Notes: generated by a model not told the origin, from the letters alone. A stretch of DNA of 64,000 nucleotides from Patescibacteria group bacterium (GCA_041649135.1 JBAZNQ010000001.1:361983-425982), one strand, 5' to 3'. Numbered from the stretch's first letter, positions 28,379-39,001 are shown. Translations and numbers: made by a program.

Positions 28379-28578
28379 TTAGACAGCGGCTTCGTCAGAC
28401 TTGACCTCTTCACCAGCCACAGCTGGAGTTTCGGCTTCTTCGACTTCGTCATCAGCCTCGTCAGTTCCGGCCGCATCAGCAGCTGGAGCGTCATCAGTTA
28501 CAACAGCGTCATCGGCTGGGGTAACTGGAGTCTCAACGATCTCTTCATTTTCCAATGGGGCGTTGTTCATGTCAGTCA
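28379..28578 (-). CDS. Small highly acidic protein (~66 aa, D/E/A/T-rich)
   Basis: Start MTDMNN with RBS ggag. The ORF track offers a longer N-terminus, which I reject. Confidence 0.45.
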
Positions 28579-29006
28579 TGATAATTTCTCCACGGATTAA
28601 CCTTGATATATCACGTAATCCCCAATCCTGCTGTCCAGCCGGATTGCGTGCGTTCACCTTACCACCCCCTATCAGATATAGCAACCTTATTCTTTATCAG
28701 GCACACTCACCTCACACCCCAGCTACAACTTCATACTGACTTTGACTAACCTCACACCTCAAGCTAAGATAACCATGGAGATTAGGAAGCCGTCGGTGTT
28801 CGAGTCTCCTGCGAGGACCGTCCATCGGCGGAAAAAATCCCGCGGGGGCAAGCCATGCGGCATCCTATATCCAAGGCGGCTTTCAGCCGCCTTATTTTTT
28901 ATTCACAAGCCCCGCGCTACTCGCGCGGGGCTTCTTCACCTATTTCCTTCACTTCGTAGATCATCCCGAAGCCTTGTGCGGAGGGTGACTTCACTCCTCC
29001 CCAACC

Positions 29007-29807
29007 TTAATTTTGGTCAGTTGGTTTGGATTGAATCGAAACCGGAATATTAAATTTCTTCGCCAATCCCTCCAACGCCCGCAATGCCTCCATCGGCACC
29101 ATAAAGACAACCGTGTTTGATTGGTCAGAACTAATGTCGTTAATGGATTGCAAAGTCCGCAAGTGCAGTGCGCCATCAGCGGAAGACAACGTCCTTGCCG
29201 CCTTCGCCATATTTTCTGACGCCACCACTTCACCCTCGGCTTTAATAATGACTGCTCGTTTCTCGCGCTCGGCTTCGGCCTGCTTACCGATCACCCGCTT
29301 CATTTCTTCCGGCAAAGTAATGTCTTTCAGCTCAACATTATTAACCTTGATTCCCCACGGATCCGTGTCCTTGTCGATCACCATTCGAATTTCTTCCGAT
29401 ACCCGATCTCTTTCTGACAACAATTCGTCCAAATTAACTTTGCCTACGGCATTACGCATCGTCGTTTGCGCCAACTGCGATACCGCGTAATAAAAATTCT
29501 CAACTTCCAACACTGCCTTATCGGCTGCGCTGACTTTGTAATAGATAACAGCATTTACGCTAACCGAAATATTATCTTTAGTAATCGCTTCCTGCGTTGG
29601 CACATCCACCGCTTTCACCCGAATATCAATTTTGCGATATGACTGAAAAATCGGCCACACCAATCGCCAACCCGGCTCCATAATTCCGGAATATCTTCCC
29701 AACGTAAACTTCACCCCTTTTTGATATTGGTTGATCTGTTTAATAGACACTAAAACGATCAACACAACCAGCCACCCCAAATTCCATAAAAAGAATTCCA
29801 TTTTCAA
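29007..29807 (-). CDS. SPFH/band-7 (stomatin/HflC-like) membrane protein
   Basis: N-terminal TM helix plus SPFH-domain-like sequence. Confidence 0.7.
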   Translation of the reverse strand: MKMEFFLWNLGWLVVLIVLVSIKQINQYQKGVKFTLGRYSGIMEPGWRLVWPIFQSYRKIDIRVKAVDVPTQEAITKDNISVSVNAVIYYKVSAADKAVLEVENFYYAVSQLAQTTMRNAVGKVNLDELLSERDRVSEEIRMVIDKDTDPWGIKVNNVELKDITLPEEMKRVIGKQAEAEREKRAVIIKAEGEVVASENMAKAARTLSSADGALHLRTLQSINDISSDQSNTVVFMVPMEALRALEGLAKKFNIPVSIQSKPTDQN

Positions 29808-29838
29808 AATCTCCTCTTTATCTTATATTTCCACGACC

Positions 29839-31134
29839 TTATCTTACGCTTCTTTCGGAAAACTTCTGCTGCGGCTCTTCCCCCTCCATCATCAACAAAT
29901 CTCTCATCAGCTCGCATGCTTCCGGTATCCGACGCAACCTCTCACGAGCATTCGAGACCAGTTGTCTTACATATTCTCTAGTTACACCCCCCTTTAGCAT
30001 TGTTCCTACTTCCGCCAGTACACGCATATCACCGCCCCTGTCTAAACCATAATGTAATCTGACTGCTTGGTATTGGAGATCTGATAAAGTCTTTCTCATG
30101 ATCGCATCCAACCTCCGCCAAATGATCATTTTATCAGATTCGTTAGCTGGATCACCACTCTCCGAATTTGCTATCTGATTGGCTGCCGTCACCGCTCTTC
30201 CCTGTTCCAAAGCAAACGCTGCCGGTCTGTCCAGTTCAAATATTTCTTGCGCGGCTCGGCAAACCTCCTGCCAATCCTCCAAAGTAATTCCTATTTCTTT
30301 TGCAACTTCATCTCCCGCCGGTATCCGTTGTTCCTCACCCATAACTTGTTCCATATATTTTCTTCCGAGACGAAGACGAGCCACCGCATATTCCGGAAGA
30401 CGTACTAACGGCACCTGTTCGATTATCGCTCTTCGCATTGCTTGACTAATCCACCAAGTTGCATAAGTTGACAGTTTGAACCCCCTGCTCAAATCAAATT
30501 TCTCAATCGCCGTCATCAAACCGATAGTTCCTTCCTGAATCAGATCTGCTAGCGGCAACCCGCGACCTTGATATCGTGCCGCAATATTCGCGACTAACCG
30601 CAAATTAGCCTCAACCAACTCATCAGAAGCCGCCCTTTCTCCCCTATGTTCTAACAACCAACGTTCCTCTTCTGGCGTTAACAAATCATGACTCCCAATT
30701 TCATCAAAAATAAATTGTTCTGCCGGATCTCCGACCAACGAGTTTACTGTACGCTTGCTTCTCCGCCTTCCACTATCAACACCACCGTAGGCTTGTTCTA
30801 GTTTAATCTTCGCACAAATCAACCCGACTAGTTCTGGATGTAACAGAACCCGCTCGCCACCATCATCATCATGAACCCAATCTTCATTCTCACCGTTATC
30901 ACTAATCTTTTTCGCCAATCGTTCCAATCTTTCAACTGGAACATCCAGCTCATCAGCCAAGTCGTCAGCAACAACATAATTTCCGACTGGTTCTGCCTTG
31001 TCCAATAACTCACCCACCACACACTCAACCATGGCTGCTGGCTTAACCAACGACAACTCATCCGATACGCTACTCGGATTTCCCACGCCCCCCTCCCACC
31101 CTACTCTTTGGCGTCTGGTCATAATATTGACCAA
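29839..31134 (-). CDS. rpoD: RNA polymerase sigma-70 factor (RpoD-like)
   Basis: Region 2 DLIQEGTIGLMTAIEKFD...YATWWISQA; region 4 HTH. Confidence 0.8.
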   Translation of the reverse strand: MVNIMTRRQRVGWEGGVGNPSSVSDELSLVKPAAMVECVVGELLDKAEPVGNYVVADDLADELDVPVERLERLAKKISDNGENEDWVHDDDGGERVLLHPELVGLICAKIKLEQAYGGVDSGRRRSKRTVNSLVGDPAEQFIFDEIGSHDLLTPEEERWLLEHRGERAASDELVEANLRLVANIAARYQGRGLPLADLIQEGTIGLMTAIEKFDLSRGFKLSTYATWWISQAMRRAIIEQVPLVRLPEYAVARLRLGRKYMEQVMGEEQRIPAGDEVAKEIGITLEDWQEVCRAAQEIFELDRPAAFALEQGRAVTAANQIANSESGDPANESDKMIIWRRLDAIMRKTLSDLQYQAVRLHYGLDRGGDMRVLAEVGTMLKGGVTREYVRQLVSNARERLRRIPEACELMRDLLMMEGEEPQQKFSERSVR

Positions 31135-31207
31135 TTATGATACGTCCAGCCTGATAAATCAAGCTGACAGAAGTTTGTGAACCTCGCTCTCTTTTCTCTA
31201 CCCTGCT

Positions 31208-31564
31208 CTACTGGCTCGGTCCCTGATTCCACGGCGCCTGCTGATCGCTAGCACCTGTACCAGTTGTTTCTAAACCCTGGTCACTCGGACCAGTTCCCCA
31301 CGGCGTCTGATTGGCAGACGCAGATGAACTACCGGTATTATCGGTGTTCTTATTCACAGACTGATCATCTCCCGTTATTACCGGTGTCACTATCGTATTC
31401 GGGTTAGTTACAGTTTCTAGGTCATCGGTCAGCTCATTTACTAAATTGTGCCTCGTCCCATCAGACTGATAGCTAACCACCGCTACCGTCCCACCGACTG
31501 CCAACACTCCCACCACTACCGCGATCAGCCAATGTTCTATGAGCCAAGCTATTAAAATCGGCAT
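31208..31564 (-). CDS. Small membrane-anchored low-complexity protein
   Basis: N-terminal TM helices followed by a T/S/G/D-rich tail. Confidence 0.4.
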   Translation of the reverse strand: MPILIAWLIEHWLIAVVVGVLAVGGTVAVVSYQSDGTRHNLVNELTDDLETVTNPNTIVTPVITGDDQSVNKNTDNTGSSSASANQTPWGTGPSDQGLETTGTGASDQQAPWNQGPSQ

Positions 31565-34114
31565 CTATCCTCCCGCTATCACATTGATACTATCCTCACT
31601 CTGACTGTTGTCATTTTTGATCAACTTCACCGTGACTGTATGTTGCTTGCCATCAAGCTTGGGCGATTTAATGATTTGTTTGAATGGCGCCGAAGTGATT
31701 TGCCCGACTACCGTACTGTCATACACAAATTCAATTCGCTTCACAGCAGCGATATTTTTCACCGATGCACTAACTTCAAAATCCCCCGTTATTTTTGTCC
31801 CATCGATCGGACTAGCAATCGTAATGTCTGGTAGGAGACTGCCGTCCAGCGGTCCGCTATAAGTTTCCGTTGGAACATTATTGTAGCCATGCGCAGTTGC
31901 CCACGTTATCACCGGATTTTCCCAATTCGAGCTACTTGGTCGTTCCGAATGTATCACAGCAAACACTTTATTTTCAGTTAATTCTGCTTGTGCATTCGCT
32001 GGCGCCAATTTACTAGCATCAGCCTTCATCACTTTTTTTACCACGTGCACATCATCGGTATCAGTCGGCACGCTCCAACTTGCAAACACTTCTGATTTAG
32101 TCGTCGGTGTCACTCCATCTACCGGCAATTTGCCGGACAATGCGTCCACCATCACATCTCGAATCCCATCCGGTCTGGCAAAAGCTTTATTCGGTACCCC
32201 AGACAGAGCTGATCGCATATATCGATTCCAAATTGGCGCCGCCACCAATCCCGAAGCTGCCGTCATCGATTCATTGCGATTGTTGCCTGCCCAGACTCCT
32301 GTCACTAAATCCGGTGTGTACCCGATCGTCCAACCGTCTATGTAATCATTAGTCGTTCCGGTCTTAGCCGCAACTGTTCTGCCTGATAATGTCAGCAAAC
32401 CGCCAGTCCCGAATATCCGTGCCCGCGCGCTATCATCCGACAAAATATTATTGATCAAATATGCCACTTGCGGATCCAGCACTTGCTTGGATTTTTCTGG
32501 TTCGTTTTCCTCCAGTACTCGGCCAAATTTATCTTCTACTTTTAATACCGCCATTGTTGGAGTCAGATTTCCACCAGTCGCAAACACACCGTAGGCTCTC
32601 GTTAGATCAAGCAACGTCACTTCACCACCACCCAATGTCAAAGATAAACCATATCGATCTGCTCCGCCGTTTAATGTCGTAATCCCCATGTCATGAGCGG
32701 TATCGATCGTTTGATCCACTCCCGCATACGCCAAAGTTTTTACCGCCGGAATGTTAATCGAATTGGCCAGCGCTTCCCGAATTGAAATCGGTCCCTGAAA
32801 CGTACCATCGTAGTTACGCGGACGATAACCCTGACCAAAATCCGTTGACACATCAGTTAGCATCGTCGCCGGCGCATAATCTTTTTTAAATGCGGTCGCG
32901 TACACGATCGGTTTTATCGCACTACCCGGCTGACGCTCTCGAACTGCCACGTTCACGTTACCTTCCGCTTCCATATCAAAATAATCCTTGCTTCCCACCA
33001 TCGCCAAGATCTCGCCGGTGTTCGGATCCAATGACACCAGCGCCGCATTGCCAGCATTGTATTTCTTCAAATTCGATTCTGCCAAACCAGCAATAATGTC
33101 TTCCGCCGCTTTTTGTTTCTCCACATCCAAAGTAGTTGTGATCCTCAAGCCTCCTTCTTCTAATATCTTTTCGCCATACTTCGCCGCTAGCAGTTCTTTG
33201 ACATACATCACAAAGTGCGGTGCCCGAATACTATCTCGTCTCGGAATAAATTTAATCTCCGCCACTTTGGCCGCATCATATTCACTTTTAGTGATGTAGC
33301 CCTGATTCTGCATCTGCATGAGCACCAAGTCTTTTCTCGCCATCAATAGATCTGGATTCTGACCATACGGCGAATACCGACTCGGTGCCTGTGGCAATGC
33401 CGCTAATACCGCCGCCTCCGGCAAAGTGATATCTTTCGCGTCTTTCCCAAAATAAGTTTGCGCCGCCTGCTGAATACCATATGCCCCGCTTCCGTACGGA
33501 ATTTCGTTGAGGTACAATTCCAAAATTTTATCCTTCGGATAAATCGCTTCGATCTCGAACGCTAAGATCAACTCTTTCGCTTTTCTGGTAATTGTCCGTG
33601 TATCGGACAATATCGCATTCTTTACAAATTGTTGAGTGATCGTCGAACCACCTTGAAAACCTTTACCGGTTAAAGGTTTAATAATTACCCCGCGTAAGAA
33701 ACCTTTAATATCAAATCCGTTATGATGATAGAAATCTTTGTCTTCGATCGCGACTGTCGCCTGCTTGATATCTTCTGGCATATCAGCATACGCGATCGTT
33801 GTCCGATTTTTCCCATTCGAAATGTCATATAACACCGCCCCATCTCGATCAAATACTTTAGTCGAGTCCGTTGCCGCATAAATTACCAATCGAGCCGGAT
33901 TCGGTAAACCGATCGAGAACGCCGCCATTGAGAAACTGAATACAAACAGTACACCGACAAATACCGCCAAAAACAATCGGGATGGTGTATCGACGCCGTA
34001 TCTACCGAGCATGGTAAACACCCGCTTTTTGGTTTTGCGGGCAATAGCTCGCGCCTTCATCTTCCGGCGAAGTTTCTCATACTCGCTCGGTCCAAATGGC
34101 ATTAATTCACTCAT
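31565..34114 (-). CDS. Penicillin-binding protein 1A (bifunctional glycosyltransferase/transpeptidase)
   Basis: GT51 motifs (EDKDFYHHNG, TITQQ) and transpeptidase motifs (SAIKP, SINIP, KTGT). Confidence 0.85.
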   Translation of the reverse strand: MSELMPFGPSEYEKLRRKMKARAIARKTKKRVFTMLGRYGVDTPSRLFLAVFVGVLFVFSFSMAAFSIGLPNPARLVIYAATDSTKVFDRDGAVLYDISNGKNRTTIAYADMPEDIKQATVAIEDKDFYHHNGFDIKGFLRGVIIKPLTGKGFQGGSTITQQFVKNAILSDTRTITRKAKELILAFEIEAIYPKDKILELYLNEIPYGSGAYGIQQAAQTYFGKDAKDITLPEAAVLAALPQAPSRYSPYGQNPDLLMARKDLVLMQMQNQGYITKSEYDAAKVAEIKFIPRRDSIRAPHFVMYVKELLAAKYGEKILEEGGLRITTTLDVEKQKAAEDIIAGLAESNLKKYNAGNAALVSLDPNTGEILAMVGSKDYFDMEAEGNVNVAVRERQPGSAIKPIVYATAFKKDYAPATMLTDVSTDFGQGYRPRNYDGTFQGPISIREALANSINIPAVKTLAYAGVDQTIDTAHDMGITTLNGGADRYGLSLTLGGGEVTLLDLTRAYGVFATGGNLTPTMAVLKVEDKFGRVLEENEPEKSKQVLDPQVAYLINNILSDDSARARIFGTGGLLTLSGRTVAAKTGTTNDYIDGWTIGYTPDLVTGVWAGNNRNESMTAASGLVAAPIWNRYMRSALSGVPNKAFARPDGIRDVMVDALSGKLPVDGVTPTTKSEVFASWSVPTDTDDVHVVKKVMKADASKLAPANAQAELTENKVFAVIHSERPSSSNWENPVITWATAHGYNNVPTETYSGPLDGSLLPDITIASPIDGTKITGDFEVSASVKNIAAVKRIEFVYDSTVVGQITSAPFKQIIKSPKLDGKQHTVTVKLIKNDNSQSEDSINVIAGG

Positions 34115-34253
34115 AGGCAGACTTATAGATTAATGGACAGATGGACTTATAGATCAAAATCTATCGATTAGTCTATTCGTCTACTGGTCTATCTGTCCAG
34201 CCAACTCCTATTATATCACCCCAAGCTAAGAGCCATTCTGATACAATATCAGG

Positions 34254-34712
34254 GTGAACAGACCATCTGGGCAAGTTGAAGTTGTCGCTTCTGGCCTCGT
34301 GATAAATCCCGAAGGTAAGATTTTGCTTGTTCGCTCACCCAAATGGAATAACACTTGGGTCATTCCCGGCGGTCACGTTGATTACCGCGAGAAGTTAACA
34401 GACGCCGCCGTGCGTGAAGTAAAGGAAGAAACCGGATTAGATACCAATGCTCTTTATTGTGTCAGCACAGGGAATCTAGTTGACGATCCGACCTTCCCTC
34501 GCGCCTGTCAATTAGTGTTCTTCCACTTTGTCTGTCAAGCCCACACCTCCGAATGCCAAATCGATAACCGCGAAGCTGTTGAATTCGCTTGGTTTACTCA
34601 AGAGGAAGTATTACAGCAAAATCTTGCAAGCCTAGTAGCACCCACAATCCAAAACTATATTGATGGGGTAAAAATTCCTATCGCCGAAGCTATATTCCAG
34701 CCCCGCGACTGA
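34254..34712 (+). CDS. NUDIX hydrolase
   Basis: Nudix box GGHVDYREKLTDAAVREVKEETGL. Confidence 0.8.
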   Translation: MNRPSGQVEVVASGLVINPEGKILLVRSPKWNNTWVIPGGHVDYREKLTDAAVREVKEETGLDTNALYCVSTGNLVDDPTFPRACQLVFFHFVCQAHTSECQIDNREAVEFAWFTQEEVLQQNLASLVAPTIQNYIDGVKIPIAEAIFQPRD

Positions 34713-34724
34713 TACAATAAAACC

Positions 34725-35924
34725 ATGAAGAAACTCAATCAACCAGAATTAGACGAGTTCTTAAGCCGTAGAGTAGAAAGCATTATCGGTGAGAAAGAAC
34801 TTCGTGCCAAACTGATGTCCGGTAAGAAACTCCGGATCAAATATGGTGTTGATGTTACTGCCCCGTTCTTACATATCGGCCACGCCGTTAACCTTTGGAT
34901 GATGCGCGAGCTCCAAGACTTGGGGCATACAGTCATTTTCCTGATCGGCGGGATGACTACTCGCATCGGCGATCCAACTGGTAAATCAGAGACTCGCAAA
35001 ATCATATCCACCAAAGATATTCAAAAAAATACTAAAGAGTTTATCAAACAAGTCAGCAAAATTCTCCGCACAGACAAATCCGTCTTTGAAATCCGCAACA
35101 ACTACGATTGGTTTGGGAAAATGAAAGCCGAAGAATTTTTGAGCCTACTCTCGCAAGTTACTCATGCCCAACTCATTGAACGAGATATGTTCCAAAAACG
35201 AATTAAGGAGGGCAAGGAAATCCGTATGCACGAGATGCTTTATCCAATTCTCCAAGGCTACGACTCTGTCGTACTTAAATCCGACCTCACTATTGTCGGC
35301 AATGATCAGCTCTTCAACGAAAAGATGGGACGCTTCTTCCAAGAGAAATTCCGCCAAGCCCCGCAAGCCATCATCACGACCAAAATCACCCCTGGACTGG
35401 ATGGAGTACAAAAGCAAAGCAAAAGTCTGGGTAATTACATCGCTATTACTGATATTGCCAAAGATATGTTTGGCAAACTCATGAGCCTGCCGGACAGCTT
35501 GGTCAAATCCTATTTTTATGTCTACACTAGCATTCCCGATTCAGACATTAAAAAAATGTTCAGAACTCTACACCCCCGCGACTTTAAGATGCGCTTGGCT
35601 CACACCATCGTTTCGATGTATCACGGAGTTAAAGCCGCCGACAGAGCCCAATCCGATTTCGTATCTGTTTTCCAAAAACATGATTTGCCAAAAGACCTTC
35701 CTTCGGCAACTCTCTCCAAACCAATGCCGATCATGGAGTTGTTGGCCAAACACAAATTAGCCAGCTCCAATTCCGACGCTCGCCGACTGATCCAACAAGG
35801 TGGTGTAAAGTTAGACGACCAAACTATCACCGACATCAATTTTTCTGTTATGCCACCCAAACGCGTTGGCAAAACCTCTCTAGTTCTCCAAGTCGGCAAA
35901 CGCCGCTTCCTGAAATTGAAATAA
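34725..35924 (+). CDS. tyrS: Tyrosyl-tRNA synthetase
   Basis: HIGH motif (FLHIGH); KMSKS-like KQSKS; C-terminal S4 domain. Confidence 0.8.
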   Translation: MKKLNQPELDEFLSRRVESIIGEKELRAKLMSGKKLRIKYGVDVTAPFLHIGHAVNLWMMRELQDLGHTVIFLIGGMTTRIGDPTGKSETRKIISTKDIQKNTKEFIKQVSKILRTDKSVFEIRNNYDWFGKMKAEEFLSLLSQVTHAQLIERDMFQKRIKEGKEIRMHEMLYPILQGYDSVVLKSDLTIVGNDQLFNEKMGRFFQEKFRQAPQAIITTKITPGLDGVQKQSKSLGNYIAITDIAKDMFGKLMSLPDSLVKSYFYVYTSIPDSDIKKMFRTLHPRDFKMRLAHTIVSMYHGVKAADRAQSDFVSVFQKHDLPKDLPSATLSKPMPIMELLAKHKLASSNSDARRLIQQGGVKLDDQTITDINFSVMPPKRVGKTSLVLQVGKRRFLKLK

Positions 35925-35954
35925 CCCCCATCCATCATTCTCTAGCTTAACCAG

Positions 35955-36075
35955 AGAATCCCCGCCCTTATTTTCGTCATTCCCGCGCAGGCGGGAATCC
36001 AGAAAAGAACAAGAAAAAATATTTTTGTTTCTGTCTAGATTCCGGATCAAGTCCGGAATGACAGGAAAAAGAAGA
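35955..36075. repeat. MITE-like element (gtcattcccgcgcaggcgggaatcc ... attccggatcaagtccggaatgac)
   Basis: Two terminal hairpins flank an A/T-rich, roughly palindromic core. Same family as 40195-40288 and 62795-62925. Confidence 0.7.
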
Positions 36076-36551
36076 CCGCCCTTTCGGGCGACCTTCTCCA
36101 AAACCAAAACATCAAAATCTAATCCACTACCATCAAAATTTTCGCTAACCAAACCGATTCATCCTCTGTGTTATTACAAACAAACTTATATATCCCCAAG
36201 CGAGCCTTGCGAGATAAATTATTAAAAGCCAAGTAAGCTTTGGAAAATACTCCGTACATTTTGTGCTACGTTGTTAGTATTGCCAGTTTGTCTGGTCCGG
36301 TAAACGGCTGACCGCTTCCGAAGCCGACTGTTTGGATGAGTCTCCCTCCGAAACTCCATCCCAGTAAAGTCAATAACTTTTGTATTTTTCATTCTGGGTG
36401 CACATTTCTTAATATGACACCCCCCAATCCATTTGATTCTATTATACCGCAAAATCACCTCCCAGTCAAGATTTTTCCGCTCCCAGACCTGATAATTCCC
36501 ACTTTTCCTCCTATGGACACCCACAGAAACTAGATTCCCGCCTTCGCGGGA

Positions 36552-38801
36552 ATGACAGCTTGGGGTCTAGATGACAAAATAAAAGCGCTTACAAAGCGCC
36601 ACCGCAACTATTCACTTATCACTTTTAACTTTTCACTTCCCCTTATGCTCTCCCCTGCCAGCAAACTCGACTCCCTCCCCCACATCGGGCCCGCTCTCGC
36701 TTCCCAATTAGCTGTCTTGGGTATTTTGACTGTTGAGGACTTGATCTATTATTTCCCTCGGGCATGGGAAGATTTAAGCCAACTAGCTGAAGTCGCCCAT
36801 CTCATCCCAGACGGTCAGCGTCGGACTGTTAAAGCCACCCTAATTAATCTCAAAACTTTCCGCTCCCCCTACAAACGAATGACCCTCACCCAAGGAATCG
36901 CCCGTGATGCTAGCGGAGAACTGCCGGTAATTTGGTTCAACCAGCCATTTTTACGCAACACTCTCAAAACCGACACCGAATATTTTCTTACCGGCAAAGT
37001 TGAAAACCGTTCCGGCAAATTATCTTTGGTTGCTCCCGATTTTGAACGCGTCAGCGATGTCCCGATCCATAGTCTGCGAATTGTACCGGTCTACCCAGAA
37101 ACTGGTCGGCTAACCACTAAAGTCTTTCGCCGACTATGCGCCAATCTCGCTCCCATCATTCATCAAATCGAAGATTACTTACCAGATACTATTCTGGCGC
37201 AATATCATTTGTTACCACTTTCCGAAGCTCTGCTCCATCTTCATTTTCCCGCTTCATTAGAGTATCTTCAGCGGGCCAAAGACCGACTAGCTTTTGACGA
37301 GCTCCTGCTTACCCAACTCGCCGTCCAGGGCGTAAAACAATTTTTGAAATCATCTGACGCTCTGCCCATTCCCCAAGACATCGATTTCATCAAATCAATT
37401 TTAGCCAAACTCCCTTACCAATTAACCATTGGTCAGAAAAAAGCCCTCTGGGAAATTGTTCAGGATTTGAGCGACACCAAGCCGACCAATCGCCTACTCG
37501 AAGGCGATGTCGGTTCTGGCAAAACTATCGTGATCGCGATTGCGATGATGTTAGCCGCGAAATATCATTTCCAATCCGCTCTCATGGCTCCGACTGAAGT
37601 CTTGGCTTATCAACATTATCATTCCCTTGAACCACTACTGACCCAATTTGGGATTACCTGCCGTCTGTTCACCCAAAGCTTCAAACTAGGACCAGAATCA
37701 GCCGATGTTACCATCGGAACTCACACTTTAATTCAAGACGCAACCAAATTTGATAATCTCAATCTCGTCATCATTGATGAGCAACATCGCTTTGGCGTCA
37801 AACAACGAGAAAAACTAAAACACAAATCCGCCGACGATCAAGATAGTCAGGTGGGCAAGGGACCTGCCCGCCACACTGCGTCTAATGAAAATGCGGCTGG
37901 GCCTGCCCGCCCCACTGCGTCGTTAGGAAATGAGGCTGGGTCTACCCGCCACATTGCATCTAAAGACGCTGTGGGCTGGGTTCCGCATTTCCTCTCTCTG
38001 ACCGCCACTCCCATCCCCCGTTCTCTCGCCCTAACCTTGTTTGGTGATTTAGATTTATCAGTCATTACCATGCGTCCAGTTGGTCGCCTACCTATCAAAA
38101 CCTCCGTCATTACCAACCAGCAACGCGGACAGGTTTATAAATTGATTCAGCAGGAGATTGATGCCAATCGGCAAGCTTTTGTTATCACTCCTCTGATTGC
38201 TGATTCAGATCGACTGGCTGTGAAATCCGCCGAAAAAGAATTTAAGAATATTCAATCGCTCTTCCCGCACGCTCGCGTCGGGCTCTTACACGGTCGGCTA
38301 ACTACTGACAAGAAACAAGCTGTGATGGATGATTTTAAAAATCAACGTTTAGATATTTTAGTTGCGACTACCGTCATCGAGGTTGGTGTCGATATTCCCA
38401 ATGCCACCGTCATGTTAATTGAAGGAGCGGAAAGATTTGGTCTGGCCCAACTTCATCAGCTCCGTGGTCGAGTTGGTCGTGGACAAGCGCAATCATATTG
38501 TTTCGTTACCCCAACCGACACCAATGATGAAATTACAAAACGTCTCCAAATTTTCGCCAACAACGTCGATGGTTTTAAGTTAGCCGAGATGGATCTACAA
38601 ATGCGCGGTCCGGGGAGTCTTTTTGGCAAAGTTCAATCCGGCTTTGTTCGCTATCGTCTGGCCGACTGGACCGATGCCAAAGCGATCAAAATCGCCCAAG
38701 ATGCCGCCTTAGAAATTTTGAGCCAAAGTCCTGACCTCTCCAAATATCCAGAGCTAAAGAAAAAAGTTAATATTGAAAGTGTCATTGCTCATTCCGAGTA
38801 A
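36552..38801 (+). CDS. recG: ATP-dependent DNA helicase RecG
   Basis: GSGKT, DEQH, TATPIPR and the RecG wedge region. Contains an in-frame 3 x 33-nt tandem repeat at ~37855-37965. The start may be a downstream Met. Confidence 0.8.
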   Translation: MTAWGLDDKIKALTKRHRNYSLITFNFSLPLMLSPASKLDSLPHIGPALASQLAVLGILTVEDLIYYFPRAWEDLSQLAEVAHLIPDGQRRTVKATLINLKTFRSPYKRMTLTQGIARDASGELPVIWFNQPFLRNTLKTDTEYFLTGKVENRSGKLSLVAPDFERVSDVPIHSLRIVPVYPETGRLTTKVFRRLCANLAPIIHQIEDYLPDTILAQYHLLPLSEALLHLHFPASLEYLQRAKDRLAFDELLLTQLAVQGVKQFLKSSDALPIPQDIDFIKSILAKLPYQLTIGQKKALWEIVQDLSDTKPTNRLLEGDVGSGKTIVIAIAMMLAAKYHFQSALMAPTEVLAYQHYHSLEPLLTQFGITCRLFTQSFKLGPESADVTIGTHTLIQDATKFDNLNLVIIDEQHRFGVKQREKLKHKSADDQDSQVGKGPARHTASNENAAGPARPTASLGNEAGSTRHIASKDAVGWVPHFLSLTATPIPRSLALTLFGDLDLSVITMRPVGRLPIKTSVITNQQRGQVYKLIQQEIDANRQAFVITPLIADSDRLAVKSAEKEFKNIQSLFPHARVGLLHGRLTTDKKQAVMDDFKNQRLDILVATTVIEVGVDIPNATVMLIEGAERFGLAQLHQLRGRVGRGQAQSYCFVTPTDTNDEITKRLQIFANNVDGFKLAEMDLQMRGPGSLFGKVQSGFVRYRLADWTDAKAIKIAQDAALEILSQSPDLSKYPELKKKVNIESVIAHSE

Positions 38802-38822
38802 TGACAAATCATCAAATCGCAG

Positions 38823-38945
38823 TCTCCCTTTTGTCATTCCGAGCCCTTCAGTTCTTCAGGACAGGCTCCGCGAGGAATCTAGTTCCGGTTTACCGGAACG
38901 CCTATCGGCTAGATCCTTCGATTCGCTTCGCTCACTCGGGATGAC
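38823..38945. repeat. Long imperfect hairpin (tgtcattccgag...ctcgggatgacaa), MITE-like
   Basis: Terminal 13-bp inverted repeats with GTCAT ends. Confidence 0.55.
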
Positions 38946-39001
38946 AATACTTTGGTTAGATTGGTCTAGATTGGTGAGATTGGTCAGATTAATATATAGC
39001 T

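Noticed and set aside
28742-29053. 103-aa plus-strand ORF
   Set aside because: It reads straight through a strong intrinsic terminator and two hairpins, and it is basic and low complexity. More likely it is non-coding or a small-RNA region.
36222-36524. 100-aa basic ORF between tyrS and recG
   Set aside because: No motif, and it sits in MITE-rich spacer. Kept out of the feature list for lack of support.
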